From contig DAOORK010000001.1 in assembly GCA_035389185.1 (NCBI GenBank), positions 695,419 to 759,418 on the forward strand: a stretch of DNA of 64,000 nt, written 5' to 3'. Shown piece after piece: positions 1 through 9,202 of this stretch. The DNA comes from Candidatus Woesebacteria bacterium. GTDB taxonomy: Bacteria; Patescibacteriota; Microgenomatia; UBA1400; MFAQ01. The notes under the pieces were generated by a model that had not been told where the DNA came from, did not search any database, and saw only the letters and a list, made by a program, of their open reading frames with translations. The position numbers and the translations under genes were made by a program. Positions within the stretch are counted from its first letter, which is position 1; each line of letters begins with the position of its first letter.

Positions 1-168
1 GTGGAAATAAAATCCAGCGATATTGGGAAAATGGTGCTGTCACGCCTTTTGAAACTAGATGACTTGGCTTACATGAGATTTGCCAGTGTTTATTTGGACT
101 TTGCAGATGCCAAGGAATTTCAAGAGTTTGTGGCCGGATCAAAACGATTAACAATCAGTCATCAATAA
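1..168 (+). CDS. nrdR: Transcriptional repressor NrdR, 3' (C-terminal) fragment; the gene starts upstream of the window
   Basis: Frame-1 translation ...LAYMRFASVYLDFADAKEFQEFV... matches the conserved NrdR C-terminus (RFASVY..F.D...F). Stop TAA at 166-168 lies immediately upstream of the RNR gene. Confidence 0.6.
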   Translation: MEIKSSDIGKMVLSRLLKLDDLAYMRFASVYLDFADAKEFQEFVAGSKRLTISHQ

Positions 169-170
169 AA

Positions 171-2600
171 ATGTCAGTATCATCAACTATCTATCAAAAC
201 ATGAAGAAAAAAGAGGAAAAAATAATCACGGAGAAGTATGAAGAAGTGATTGCCGAGGTTAAAGAAAAAGTAGGTGAAAGACCGACCATGCCGACAGATC
301 TAAAGGCAGGAGAGTGGTCAGATCAGGCAGTAAAGGTGTTGGGTGAAAGATATTTGGATAAGGATGAAAAAGGAGTGGTACGGGAAACCCCTGACGAGTT
401 AATTTGGAGAGTGGCCTTTACGGTTGCAAGTGCGGAAGTAAGATGGGGGGCCTCGATAGAAGAAGTGATTTCTGTAGCAAAACGTTTTTACCGATTGATG
501 AGCGAGAAAAAATTCTTACCCAACTCACCAACATTGATGAATGCAGGAAAAAATAATGGATTGCAGTATTCTGGTTGTTTTGTGTTGCCTGTACCTGATT
601 CTTTGGAAGGTATTTTTGACGCGATCAAATATCAAGCGCTGATTCATCAGTCCGGGGGAGGAACAGGTTTTTCTTTTAGCCGGTTGAGACAGAGGGGGTC
701 GATGGTAAAAAGAAGCAGGGGTGTGGCTAGTGGACCAATTAGTTTTATGAGGGTATTTAACGAAGCGACTCAGCAGATTAAACAAGGTGGAACAAGAAGA
801 GGCGCAAACATGGGAATTTTGCGAGTTGATCATCCGGATGTTAGGGAATTTATTACCTGTAAATTGGATGGAGGCTTAACTAATTTTAATATTTCGGTTG
901 CGGCAACGGATAAATTCATGAAAGCAGTGGCGGATGGTGAAAAGTATGACTTAATTGAACCTCATTCAGGAAATGTAATAAAACAGGAAGATGCTCGAGA
1001 AATCTTTGACATGATTTGTGATTGTGCGTGGAAATCTGGTGATCCAGGTATGATTTTTATTGATCGGGTAAACGCCGGTCCGTCTAACCCTGTACCCTCT
1101 TTGGGACCGGTAGAGAGCACCAATCCTTGTGGAGAACAACCGCTTTACCCCTTTGATGCATGTAATTTGGGCAGTATCTTTTTGAGTTATTTTGTAAAAG
1201 AAGTCAATGGGAAACAGGAAGTTGATTGGGAAGAGTTAAAAGAAGTAGCCGGAGACGCAGTGAGATTCTTGGATAACGTGGTGGAAATTAACCCTTTTCC
1301 GTTGCCTCAAGTTTGGGAAACGGTAAGATCTCTCCGAAGGGTAGGTTTGGGAATAGGCGGATGGGCGGATATGCTTTTTCTTTTGGGCGTGCCTTATAAC
1401 TCGGACGAGGCTTTGGAGTTGGCAAAAAAGATTATGAAAACGATCAACGATGCAGCTCATGAAGCTAGTCGCAAGTTGGCGGAAAAAAGAGGGGCCTTCC
1501 CACTTTGGAAAGAAAGTATTTATAAGGATGAAGCTCCAATTCGAAATGCGGCAATAACCACGATTGCTCCAACGGGATCTATCGGAATTATCGCTAATAC
1601 AAGCGGAGGGTGTGAACCGGTGTTTGCCCTTGCTTACAAGCATATGGTTAAGGATGAATCTTTAAATAGAGAAATGTTCTTTTCGGATCCAGCATTTGAG
1701 AAGGTAGCAAAAAGAGAAGGTTTTTGGAGTGAGAAGCTGGCTAGCAAAGTGGCCGAGATTGGTAATGTCCATGGGATTGATGAAGTACCCGAGAAATGGC
1801 AGAGAGTCTTGGTAACAGCCCATGAGATAACTCCAGAGTGGCACGTAAAGATGCAGGCGGCTTGGCAGAAGAATTTGGATAATGCGGTTAGTAAAACAAT
1901 TAATTTGCCCAATGACTCGGTGGTTGATGATGTAGCCAAAGCATATTTGTCTGCTTATGAACTTGGTTGTATGGGAATTACCATTTACAGAGACGGTTGT
2001 AAGGAGTGGCAAGTGCTTAATGTTGGAACAAAAAATGAAGAAAAGACAGAAGAAGCAGCCTCGAACAGTAAGGAAGTGGCAACCCTTCGAGTGAGGCCAA
2101 ATAAACTACAAGGAAACACCTACAAAATTGATACTCCTGTGGGGACGGCTTTTGTGGTAATCAATTCCGATGAGGAAGGGAATCCGTTTGAAGTATTTAT
2201 AAATGTTGGTAAGGCCGGCACTCACGTAATGGCAGATGCTGAAGCAATTGGTAGGTTGATTTCTTTGTCTCTTAGAGTTCCGTCTGCCTATCCTGCAAAA
2301 GCAGTGGCTGAAGCGATTGCAAAACAGCTCTCGGGTATAGGTGGGGCTGACAGTGTGGGTTTTGGTAATAATCGAGTTAGAAGTTTGGCTGATGGTATCG
2401 CCAAGGTCCTTAAAGACTACTTGAAGACCGACCAGAGTGAGTCTGTGGGGGAGAGTGATCAACCAGAATTATTGGCGACTCAACAGGAGTTACCTCTAAC
2501 AACGAAAAAAGGAGACCTTTGTCCTGAGTGCGGGCAAGCAACATTAGTGTTGGAGGAAGGCTGTCAGAAATGTTACTCTTGCGGTGCAAGTAAGTGCTGA
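171..2600 (+). CDS. nrdJ: Class II (adenosylcobalamin-dependent) ribonucleotide reductase NrdJ with C-terminal Cys4 zinc ribbon
   Basis: 809 aa with an RNR fold signature (NPCGEQPL active-site region, TIAPTGSI..GGCEP), monomeric class II length and a C-terminal CPECG...CQKCYSCG motif. It follows nrdR. Confidence 0.85.
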   Translation: MSVSSTIYQNMKKKEEKIITEKYEEVIAEVKEKVGERPTMPTDLKAGEWSDQAVKVLGERYLDKDEKGVVRETPDELIWRVAFTVASAEVRWGASIEEVISVAKRFYRLMSEKKFLPNSPTLMNAGKNNGLQYSGCFVLPVPDSLEGIFDAIKYQALIHQSGGGTGFSFSRLRQRGSMVKRSRGVASGPISFMRVFNEATQQIKQGGTRRGANMGILRVDHPDVREFITCKLDGGLTNFNISVAATDKFMKAVADGEKYDLIEPHSGNVIKQEDAREIFDMICDCAWKSGDPGMIFIDRVNAGPSNPVPSLGPVESTNPCGEQPLYPFDACNLGSIFLSYFVKEVNGKQEVDWEELKEVAGDAVRFLDNVVEINPFPLPQVWETVRSLRRVGLGIGGWADMLFLLGVPYNSDEALELAKKIMKTINDAAHEASRKLAEKRGAFPLWKESIYKDEAPIRNAAITTIAPTGSIGIIANTSGGCEPVFALAYKHMVKDESLNREMFFSDPAFEKVAKREGFWSEKLASKVAEIGNVHGIDEVPEKWQRVLVTAHEITPEWHVKMQAAWQKNLDNAVSKTINLPNDSVVDDVAKAYLSAYELGCMGITIYRDGCKEWQVLNVGTKNEEKTEEAASNSKEVATLRVRPNKLQGNTYKIDTPVGTAFVVINSDEEGNPFEVFINVGKAGTHVMADAEAIGRLISLSLRVPSAYPAKAVAEAIAKQLSGIGGADSVGFGNNRVRSLADGIAKVLKDYLKTDQSESVGESDQPELLATQQELPLTTKKGDLCPECGQATLVLEEGCQKCYSCGASKC

Positions 2601-2889
2601 TGTTATTGGACCGATTGTGATATAGTTTGATAATATTAACTCGAGTGTTGACAAGCATATAAAAGTAGTATTTAATGATATTAGGTAATTGTGATTACTA
2701 TCAGTCTTTTGTTGACATTGCTAATAGGTGGTTCTGTGGTTCTTTTTCCTTGATATCAATCTTTTTCGTATTTTTTCTTGGCTACTCTGATGGTTGTTTT
2801 AGCTGTTACGCATTGACAGTGCCTAGACATTATAGTTTTCGCTATATTTAAGAAGTTGAGAAGATGATTTTGATTAAAATAAGATAAAA

Positions 2890-3453
2890 ATGAGAATAAA
2901 AAAGATGAAGCAGGGATTAGTATATATATTTGAAGGAAACGGGAAGGGAAAAACAAGTGCTGCTTTGGGGACGGCAATGCGAATGTTACTTTTGGGAAAA
3001 AATGTGGTTTGGATTTCTTGGTATAAAGAAAAGTCTTGGAAAATGGCAGAGATGAGTCTTTCAAAAAAGTTCAAAAATAATTTAGAGATGTATTGGAAGG
3101 GAAACGGGTTTTTTGGTGGCCCAAATGATCACGATACCCTAGACGGGCATAGAAAGGCGGCTAAATCAGCCCTTTTACTGGCAAAGAATTGTTTGGTTAA
3201 AAAAGAAGGGGGGAGGGGTATCAAGCCTGATTTACTGGTTTTGGATGAAATAATCAAAGCAGAAAATGATGGACTTTTAAAGATAGAAGAAATTTTAGAT
3301 TTAATCAAGATGAGAGGAGGTACTCATTTATTACTTACCGGACACTGTGCTTCTGAAAAGATAATTGAGGCGGCGGACTTGGTTACTTTGATGACCAAAG
3401 TTAAACATCCATACGATAAAGGAGTTTTGGCCGTTCGAGGATTGGATTTTTAA
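2890..3453 (+). CDS. cobA: Cob(I)alamin adenosyltransferase, CobA/BtuR/CobO family (P-loop)
   Basis: N-terminal P-loop VYIFEGNGKGKTSAALG and the following VWISWYKE motif are typical of CobA/BtuR corrinoid adenosyltransferases. A start at 2905 (MKQGL) is possible. Confidence 0.75.
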   Translation: MRIKKMKQGLVYIFEGNGKGKTSAALGTAMRMLLLGKNVVWISWYKEKSWKMAEMSLSKKFKNNLEMYWKGNGFFGGPNDHDTLDGHRKAAKSALLLAKNCLVKKEGGRGIKPDLLVLDEIIKAENDGLLKIEEILDLIKMRGGTHLLLTGHCASEKIIEAADLVTLMTKVKHPYDKGVLAVRGLDF

Positions 3454-3467
3454 GGTATAGTTAAAGT

Positions 3468-3833
3468 ATGCCTGCCGTAGGTAAGGAAATAGAGCGTCCA
3501 ATTTCACAAGAGACAGTTGTTCAACCTGTTGAACAATCTTCTTATGTGGAAAAAGTTGAAAAACAGGTTGAGACTCAACAACAGGCGAATATTCAACCTC
3601 AACAGCCGAAAAAGACGAGTCTGAATACAGATGATATGGGTAAGGTCGTTTCGGCCCAGTTTGCGGTTCAAACAAAGCCACAAATAACACTTCCTTTGAA
3701 TCAGCAACAAATGAACGCTGGATTGCATCAGGGAGTATGGAAGGGCATTCGATGGGCATCTGAATGGTGTTTGATGATGATTAAAAAATATCCAGGGAGA
3801 GTATTTTATCTTTCTCCCGAAACTGAGCAATGA
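3468..3833 (+). CDS. Hypothetical Q-rich protein; 4-bp overlap with the downstream ATPase gene
   Basis: ORF with a low-complexity Gln-rich middle. It appears translationally coupled (overlap atga) to the 3830 ORF. No recognisable domain. Confidence 0.4.
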   Translation: MPAVGKEIERPISQETVVQPVEQSSYVEKVEKQVETQQQANIQPQQPKKTSLNTDDMGKVVSAQFAVQTKPQITLPLNQQQMNAGLHQGVWKGIRWASEWCLMMIKKYPGRVFYLSPETEQ

Positions 3834-6151
3834 CTAACGTAAATAACATTGTCGGATACATGGTAGTTTTGATTTTGGGGTTGGCGATAGTGATTGCTTT
3901 ATTGATTGTTTGTTGGATGGGTTTTGTGATTTGGCTTCGAAACAGAAATCGAGAAGACGTTAGTATGAATTTTGTGTTGTTGGAGATAGCTGTTCCAAAA
4001 GACAACGAAGTAAAAATTGATGCCGTGGAACAGATGTTTTCGTCGTTGTTTTCGGTGAAAAAAGGAGGTTGGGGTCAAAGATTCAAGTCCCAACAACACC
4101 TATCTTTGGAAATTGTCGCCAAGAAAGAAGACATCAGATTTTATATTTCCTGTCACAAAAATACGGCTGAGCTGGTGGAAAAACTGATTGCAGGAACATA
4201 TTCTGGAGTACAGGTTAAGCAGGTTGATGAATATAATGTTTTTTATAAAGAAGCGGCGGTTGATTTTGCCGAACTATCTTTGAAAAATCCCAGTTTTAAG
4301 CCAATAAAAACATACAAAGAATTGCCAATGGATCCTTTATCGGAGATCACAGCTTCGATGGCTAAGTTTGGAGACAACGAATCAGCGATTGTCCAGATTA
4401 TTATTTCCCCGGCTGAGTCTTCGTGGAGCAAAATGGGGCATGGTTTTGTGTCAAAACTGAAAAAAGATGAGTCGAATCCCGAAAAAGCGAAGTTTTCGAT
4501 GAATCCACAAGAGATGGAAGCAATTACTAATAAATGTAACAAGCCTGGTTTCCTAACGAGTGTGAGAATCGTCTGCGTAGCACCAAATGAAGTGGCGGCA
4601 AAATCAAACCTATCAAATTTGAAAAGTACGTTTTCACAGTTTACCGGCAGTCAAAATGGTTTCTCAGGGAAAAAACTGCATTGGAAACAGATGTTTATGA
4701 CAGACTTTATTTACCGATACCAAAATTTGTGGGGAAATAATTCGGTGTTATCGACAGAGGAAATAGCGACAATCTGGCATTTACCAAACAAAACGATAGA
4801 TACACCTCATATATACTGGTTAACGGCAAAATCGGCACCGGCAACAGGAGGTTTCCCTGATAACGGCCTGTGGCTTGGCCGATCAATTTACCGAGGGCAG
4901 GAACGAAATATCTATATGAGTGATCGTGATAGGATGCGCCACATGTACATCATCGGAAGAACCGGTACCGGAAAAACAGAACTTTTGAAATCAATGATTA
5001 TTCAGGATATGAGAGCGGGCAGAGGACTATGCTTCTTGGAACCTCACGGTGAAGGTATCGAAGAGTTAATGGAGCTGGTTCCTCCGGAGAGAGCGGAAGA
5101 TGTAATCTTTTTTGATCCATCCGACCAAGAAAGACCGATTGGTTTTAATTTGTTGGAAGTAAATAACTACGATGAGATGTATCAGGTGGCTTCTTCGATC
5201 ATTAACTTAATGTATAAACTGTTTGATCCACACCGTACGGGTATGGTTGGGGCTCGATTTGAACACGCTGTGAGGAACGCAATGCTGACTGTAGCGGTAG
5301 TTCCAGGAGCAACATTTATTGAGGTAAACCGTGTTTTGACCGATCAAAAATACGTTCAAGAGATTTTGCCTTTAGTAAAAGATCCAATTGTAAGACGTTA
5401 CTGGACTGATCAGATTGCCCAAACATCGGACTTCCATAAGAGTGAGACTCTCGACTATATCTCATCAAAATTTGGCCGATTTGTGACTAATAAAATGATT
5501 CGTAATATTATTGGACAGTCGAAGAGTACTCTAAATTTCCGACAAGCAATGGACACCGGGAAGATTGTATTTTTGAAACTGGCAAAGGGACTTTTGGGAG
5601 AAGAGGATGCAAGCTTCTTGGGACTTATTTTGATTCCAAAGATACTAGCTGCTGCACTATCTCGACAAGATATTCCCAAAGAACAAAGACGCCCCTTTAA
5701 CCTGTATGTGGATGAGTTTCAAAACTTTGCTACTCCTGACTTTGCTCAGATGCTATCCGAGGTACGTAAATACGGCGTATCGCTCACTCTTGCTAACCAA
5801 TTTGTGAGCCAGCTGGACGAGCAAGTGCGTGACGCAATTTTTGGCAATGTGGGTACCTTGATGTCTTACCGTGTGGGTATGCAGGACGCGGCTATTCTAG
5901 CCAAAGAGTTTGAGCCTGCTTTTAATGAAGCAGACTTGTCTAATGTTCCTGCCCGTGTGGTTTACACGAAAACAATTGTCAATGAAACGCCGGTTCCACC
6001 ATTCTCTATGAATGTGGAACGTGATCTGAAGTCGGAAAAGGCCCAAGGAAGTCCTGAGGTATCGAGAATGATCAAAGAATTGTCAAGATTGAAGTATGGT
6101 AGAGATGTTGTTGAGGTAGATGAAGAAATTGAGAATCGAAGTAAACTTTAG
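3830..6151 (+). CDS. Membrane-anchored FtsK/HerA-superfamily P-loop ATPase, VirD4/TraG/TraD-like (T4SS coupling-protein-like)
   Basis: N-terminal TM helix (VVLILGLAIVIALLIVCWMGFVIWL), Walker A IIGRTGTGKTELLK, Walker B LYVDEFQNF. Overall 773-aa architecture matches TraG/VirD4-type DNA-binding ATPases. Confidence 0.6.
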   Translation: MTNVNNIVGYMVVLILGLAIVIALLIVCWMGFVIWLRNRNREDVSMNFVLLEIAVPKDNEVKIDAVEQMFSSLFSVKKGGWGQRFKSQQHLSLEIVAKKEDIRFYISCHKNTAELVEKLIAGTYSGVQVKQVDEYNVFYKEAAVDFAELSLKNPSFKPIKTYKELPMDPLSEITASMAKFGDNESAIVQIIISPAESSWSKMGHGFVSKLKKDESNPEKAKFSMNPQEMEAITNKCNKPGFLTSVRIVCVAPNEVAAKSNLSNLKSTFSQFTGSQNGFSGKKLHWKQMFMTDFIYRYQNLWGNNSVLSTEEIATIWHLPNKTIDTPHIYWLTAKSAPATGGFPDNGLWLGRSIYRGQERNIYMSDRDRMRHMYIIGRTGTGKTELLKSMIIQDMRAGRGLCFLEPHGEGIEELMELVPPERAEDVIFFDPSDQERPIGFNLLEVNNYDEMYQVASSIINLMYKLFDPHRTGMVGARFEHAVRNAMLTVAVVPGATFIEVNRVLTDQKYVQEILPLVKDPIVRRYWTDQIAQTSDFHKSETLDYISSKFGRFVTNKMIRNIIGQSKSTLNFRQAMDTGKIVFLKLAKGLLGEEDASFLGLILIPKILAAALSRQDIPKEQRRPFNLYVDEFQNFATPDFAQMLSEVRKYGVSLTLANQFVSQLDEQVRDAIFGNVGTLMSYRVGMQDAAILAKEFEPAFNEADLSNVPARVVYTKTIVNETPVPPFSMNVERDLKSEKAQGSPEVSRMIKELSRLKYGRDVVEVDEEIENRSKL

Positions 6152-6177
6152 CCTTGAGTGGTAAAATATTGCAGATT

Positions 6178-6251
6178 GGGCCGATAGCTCAGCTGGTTAG
6201 AGCGCGAAGCTTATACCTTCGATGTCCCAGGTCCGAATCCTGGTCGGCCCA
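6178..6251 (+). tRNA. tRNA-Ile (anticodon UAU), no encoded CCA; T-loop reads TCCGAAT (C at position 55)
   Basis: Cloverleaf: acceptor GGGCCGA/TCGGCCC, D-arm GCTC-AGCTGGTTA-GAGC, anticodon stem CGAAG/CTTCG with loop CTTATAC (anticodon TAT), T-arm CCAGG-TCCGAAT-CCTGG, discriminator A. Confidence 0.7.
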
Positions 6252-6255
6252 CATA

Positions 6256-6618
6256 ATGAAGAAAAAACTAAAAGAAAAAAATAAGTGCGATAAAATCCTG
6301 AGGTTGGCACAGCCTGACGAGGAACTGGAAGATAAAACTGTGGCCGGTGCTTGGTCTTCAGAAATGGCGATTACGGGGAATATGAATCTCGGTAAAAACG
6401 GAAACCCAGTGACAATCTTGGTTGAGGATGAAGTAACTGGTGAACAACTGGAGCTTTCCGGAGTTAAAAATGCGTTTTTAATTATTGAAGATACAAGAAG
6501 GACAACTTCGGGTTGGTTAGCGGCGGCGATTGGGTCAGTGGAAAAAATGGGAGAGGTGTTGGGATTTTTGTCCCAGACAACACTAGAAACATTAAAAAAG
6601 CTAGTCAATAGAGACTAG
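6256..6618 (+). CDS. Hypothetical small protein (120 aa) between tRNA-Ile and the recombinase
   Basis: ATG at 6256 is in frame with the 6154 ORF, whose 5' part overlaps the tRNA and is rejected. No recognisable domain. Confidence 0.45.
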   Translation: MKKKLKEKNKCDKILRLAQPDEELEDKTVAGAWSSEMAITGNMNLGKNGNPVTILVEDEVTGEQLELSGVKNAFLIIEDTRRTTSGWLAAAIGSVEKMGEVLGFLSQTTLETLKKLVNRD

Positions 6619-6643
6619 CTTCTTTAATTAATTAAAGTGACTT

Positions 6644-7519
6644 TTAAAGGTCGATAAGTTTTGGCTTATCCTTAGCAGGTTTTTCAGAAATGAACTCTAA
6701 ATATTTTTCAGTGGTAGACAATCTTTTGTGTCCAACTAACTTACTGATGTAGACTAGGGGACTACCGGAAGTGAGCTGTTGAGCGATGAAAGTGTGTCTT
6801 AAGTCATTTACTTTAGCGTTTTCGATTCCGGCGATGTGGAAGTATCTGTCAAGGTTGGAACGGATGTTTCTGATCAAGAAAGGATTACCTGTCTTGGTGA
6901 TAAAAACAGAAGTGTTACCGCTCTTGGGACGAATATCGAGATATTTAACCAAAGATTCTTTGGTAGGTTGATTGAGAGGAACCATACGTTCTGGGTGAGA
7001 TTCGTAAGCACGGATAGTGATTTGGTTAGTGTTTAGATCGACATCGCCGATTTTGAGGTTGGCCAGTTCTGAGATACGCATACCGGTTTGGAGAAGAAGT
7101 TCAACGATAGCGGCCATACGTAGATCATCACGACAGGCGTCGCGAAGAGCACGGTACTCGATTTTGTTGAGGATGCGAGGAGGTTTGATGTCGTATTTTG
7201 GGTGAGTAACGTTGGTAGCTGGGTTTTCAGAAATAGCACCATTGGCCATGACATAAGCGAAGAAAGATTTGATGGAATTGATCTTTCTGGAAATGGATTT
7301 GGTGGTGTAGTTAGTGGTGGAAAGATCTTCTTTGAAAGCATCAATATCGGCTGTGGTAACGTCAGACAGGTTGTTTTTGTCAGATTTTGCGACAAAGTTA
7401 GCTAATTGCTCAATATCCTTGGAGTAGGCAAGAATGGTAGCAGAAGCTCTGCCTTGTGAGGCTAAATGGCTTTTGAAGGCAGAAATTGCCTGTTTGATGT
7501 TTTGGTCTATTTGTTCCAT
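6644..7519 (-). CDS. xerC: Tyrosine site-specific recombinase, XerC/XerD-like (phage integrase family)
   Basis: 291 aa with an N-terminal SAM-like core-binding domain. The C-terminal catalytic region carries the conserved R..HxxR..Y signature (LRHTFIAQQL...GHKRLSTTEKYLEF). Confidence 0.8.
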   Translation of the reverse strand: MEQIDQNIKQAISAFKSHLASQGRASATILAYSKDIEQLANFVAKSDKNNLSDVTTADIDAFKEDLSTTNYTTKSISRKINSIKSFFAYVMANGAISENPATNVTHPKYDIKPPRILNKIEYRALRDACRDDLRMAAIVELLLQTGMRISELANLKIGDVDLNTNQITIRAYESHPERMVPLNQPTKESLVKYLDIRPKSGNTSVFITKTGNPFLIRNIRSNLDRYFHIAGIENAKVNDLRHTFIAQQLTSGSPLVYISKLVGHKRLSTTEKYLEFISEKPAKDKPKLIDL

Positions 7520-7571
7520 AATTAGTTAGGAATTATTTATGGCACTTATTATAACACTCTAGGTTTATAAA

Positions 7572-7952
7572 ATGCAAGCCCCTATTATAAAGGAAAATTA
7601 TAAAGATAAAAAAGGTTGGGTTAGGGCGATTTTTTTGATGATTGCATGGGTTGTCATTATCTCGCTTGTTAAGGACTTGTGGCAGATAAAAAAAGGCTTT
7701 GTTCGAGTTGAAGAATCAAAACAAAGATTAGCCGAAGTCGAAGGTGAGAACCGGGAGTTAAAAAATAAACTAGAGATGGTAACGACCGAGGAGTATCAGG
7801 AGTATTTGATCAGAGAACAGCTAAATATGCATAAAACAGGAGAAGTAATTGCGGTGTTACCAAAAGGGAAAATGGCCGGAGATACCGTGGCTACAGAGTC
7901 TGGAGAGCCAAAAACAAAGAATTGGGAGAAGTGGTGGTCACTTCTCAAATAG
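7572..7952 (+). CDS. Septum formation initiator family protein (FtsB/DivIC-like)
   Basis: N-terminal TM helix followed by a coiled coil (LAEVEGENRELKNKLEMVTTEEYQEYLIREQLNM), typical of FtsB/DivIC. Confidence 0.6.
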   Translation: MQAPIIKENYKDKKGWVRAIFLMIAWVVIISLVKDLWQIKKGFVRVEESKQRLAEVEGENRELKNKLEMVTTEEYQEYLIREQLNMHKTGEVIAVLPKGKMAGDTVATESGEPKTKNWEKWWSLLK

Positions 7953-8025
7953 TTGCGGGGCCGGGGTTTCGATCCCCGGTTAAGCGAGATTATGAGCCTC
8001 GCAAGATACCTACCTTCCCCCCGCA
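7953..8025 (-). tRNA. tRNA-Met-like (anticodon CAU), atypical: short D-loop and T-loop ATCGAAA (A54/A60)
   Basis: Minus-strand sequence TGCGGGG-GG-AAGG-TAGGTA-TCTT-G-CGAGG-CTCATAA-TCTCG-CTTAA-CCGGGG-ATCGAAA-CCCCGG-CCCCGCA-A. The acceptor pairs 7/7 and the anticodon loop is CTCATAA. The fold needs a 6-bp T-stem or an irregular junction. It abuts the stop of the convergent ftsB-like CDS. Confidence 0.5.
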
Positions 8026-8094
8026 TGGGGCGAACAGACGTATTCTAGCATGATCGTGCGTATTTGGCAATTATTTGGTAAAATACTTCAGCTT

Positions 8095-8168
8095 GGCAAG
8101 GTAGCTCAAATGGTTAGAGCGGCGGATTCATAAACCGCAGGTAGTGGGTTCGATCCCCACCCTTGCTA
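8095..8168 (+). tRNA. tRNA-Met (anticodon CAU)
   Basis: GGCAAGG-TA-GCTC-AAATGGTTA-GAGC-G-GCGGA-TTCATAA-ACCGC-AGGTA-GTGGG-TTCGATC-CCCAC-CCTTGCT-A. Canonical T-loop. G1-U72 wobble and an A31/A39 mismatch in the anticodon stem. Confidence 0.7.
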
Positions 8169-8202
8169 CTTTTTTGTATCAGAACTGAGGTAAAATCGAA
8201 GA

Positions 8203-9201
8203 ATGAAGAAAAGAATATTAACCGGAGATCGACCAAGCGGCAGATTGCATTTGGGGCATTATGTTGGATCTTTGGAAAATAGGGTTAAGTTGCAAGATGA
8301 ATACGAGCAATTTATTTTGATTGCCGATGTACAAGCACTGACCGACAATTTTACTAATCCCCAAATCGTGGCTGATTCCGTAAAAGAACTGGTACTTGAT
8401 TATGTAGCGGCTGGTATTGACCCGGCAAAAAATACTATTGTGGTGCAGTCGAAGATGCCTGCTATTGCCGAACTGACAGTTTTCTATATGAATTTGGTGA
8501 GTTTGAATAGAGTTTTGAGAAATCCAACTGTGAAATCGGAGATTGAACAAAAAGGAATGGGTGAGTCTGTGCCTGCCGGTTTTGCCATGTACCCCGTTTC
8601 TCAGGCTGCCGATATTACGGCATTTGCGGCTGATTTGGTGCCTGTAGGCGATGATCAGTTACCGATGATTGAGCAAACCAGAGAAATTGTCAGAAAATTT
8701 AATTCCTTGTATGGTGAGATCCTAAAGGAACCGGAAGCATTATTGGGTGAGTATCCTCGTCTTGTAGGGCTGGACGGAAAAGCAAAAATGAGTAAAAGCC
8801 TTGGCAACTGCATATTTTTGTCCGACTCTGCAGAAGAAGTACAGAAAAAAGTAATGAGTATGTATACCGATCCGACGAGACTGAAACCAACCGACCCCGG
8901 AACAGTAGAAGGAAATCCGGTTTTTGTCTATCATGAGGCTTTTAATCCAAACAAAGAAGAAGTCGAAGATTTAAAAGCTCGATATCGAGCCGGAACGGTA
9001 GGTGACGTTGAAGTAAAACAAAAATTAATTGTGGCCATTAATAACTTATTGGAACCAATGAGAAAGAGAAGAGCCGAACTGGAAAGTAATCCAGAGAAAA
9101 TTGAGGCTATTTTGAGGGAGGGGGCGGAAAAGGGAAGAATGGTTTCCGGTGAAGTCTTATCGAGTGTTAAAAAGGCCATGAAGATTAACTATAATTTTTG
9201 A
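8203..9201 (+). CDS. trpS: Tryptophanyl-tRNA synthetase
   Basis: Class I motifs [15 protein letters not shown] (HIGH-type) and KMSKS. 332 aa, TrpRS-like length and sequence. Confidence 0.9.
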   Translation: MKKRILTGDRPSGRLHLGHYVGSLENRVKLQDEYEQFILIADVQALTDNFTNPQIVADSVKELVLDYVAAGIDPAKNTIVVQSKMPAIAELTVFYMNLVSLNRVLRNPTVKSEIEQKGMGESVPAGFAMYPVSQAADITAFAADLVPVGDDQLPMIEQTREIVRKFNSLYGEILKEPEALLGEYPRLVGLDGKAKMSKSLGNCIFLSDSAEEVQKKVMSMYTDPTRLKPTDPGTVEGNPVFVYHEAFNPNKEEVEDLKARYRAGTVGDVEVKQKLIVAINNLLEPMRKRRAELESNPEKIEAILREGAEKGRMVSGEVLSSVKKAMKINYNF

Positions 9202-9202
9202 A

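Noticed and set aside
525-2658. Several 80-135-aa minus-strand ORFs inside nrdJ
   Set aside because: They are antisense shadow ORFs within a well-supported 809-aa coding region.
2601-2889. Cobalamin riboswitch upstream of cobA
   Set aside because: No B12-box-like sequence was recognisable by eye; only three TTGACA hexamers. Left as unverified.
6154-6255. 5' extension of the 6154..6618 ORF
   Set aside because: It overlaps the tRNA-Ile gene on the same strand. The real start is taken as ATG 6256.
6644-7519. Tyrosine recombinase as evidence for a prophage
   Set aside because: There are no capsid, tail, terminase or lysis genes nearby. The length and motifs fit XerC/D, so it is treated as chromosomal or a remnant (see finding).
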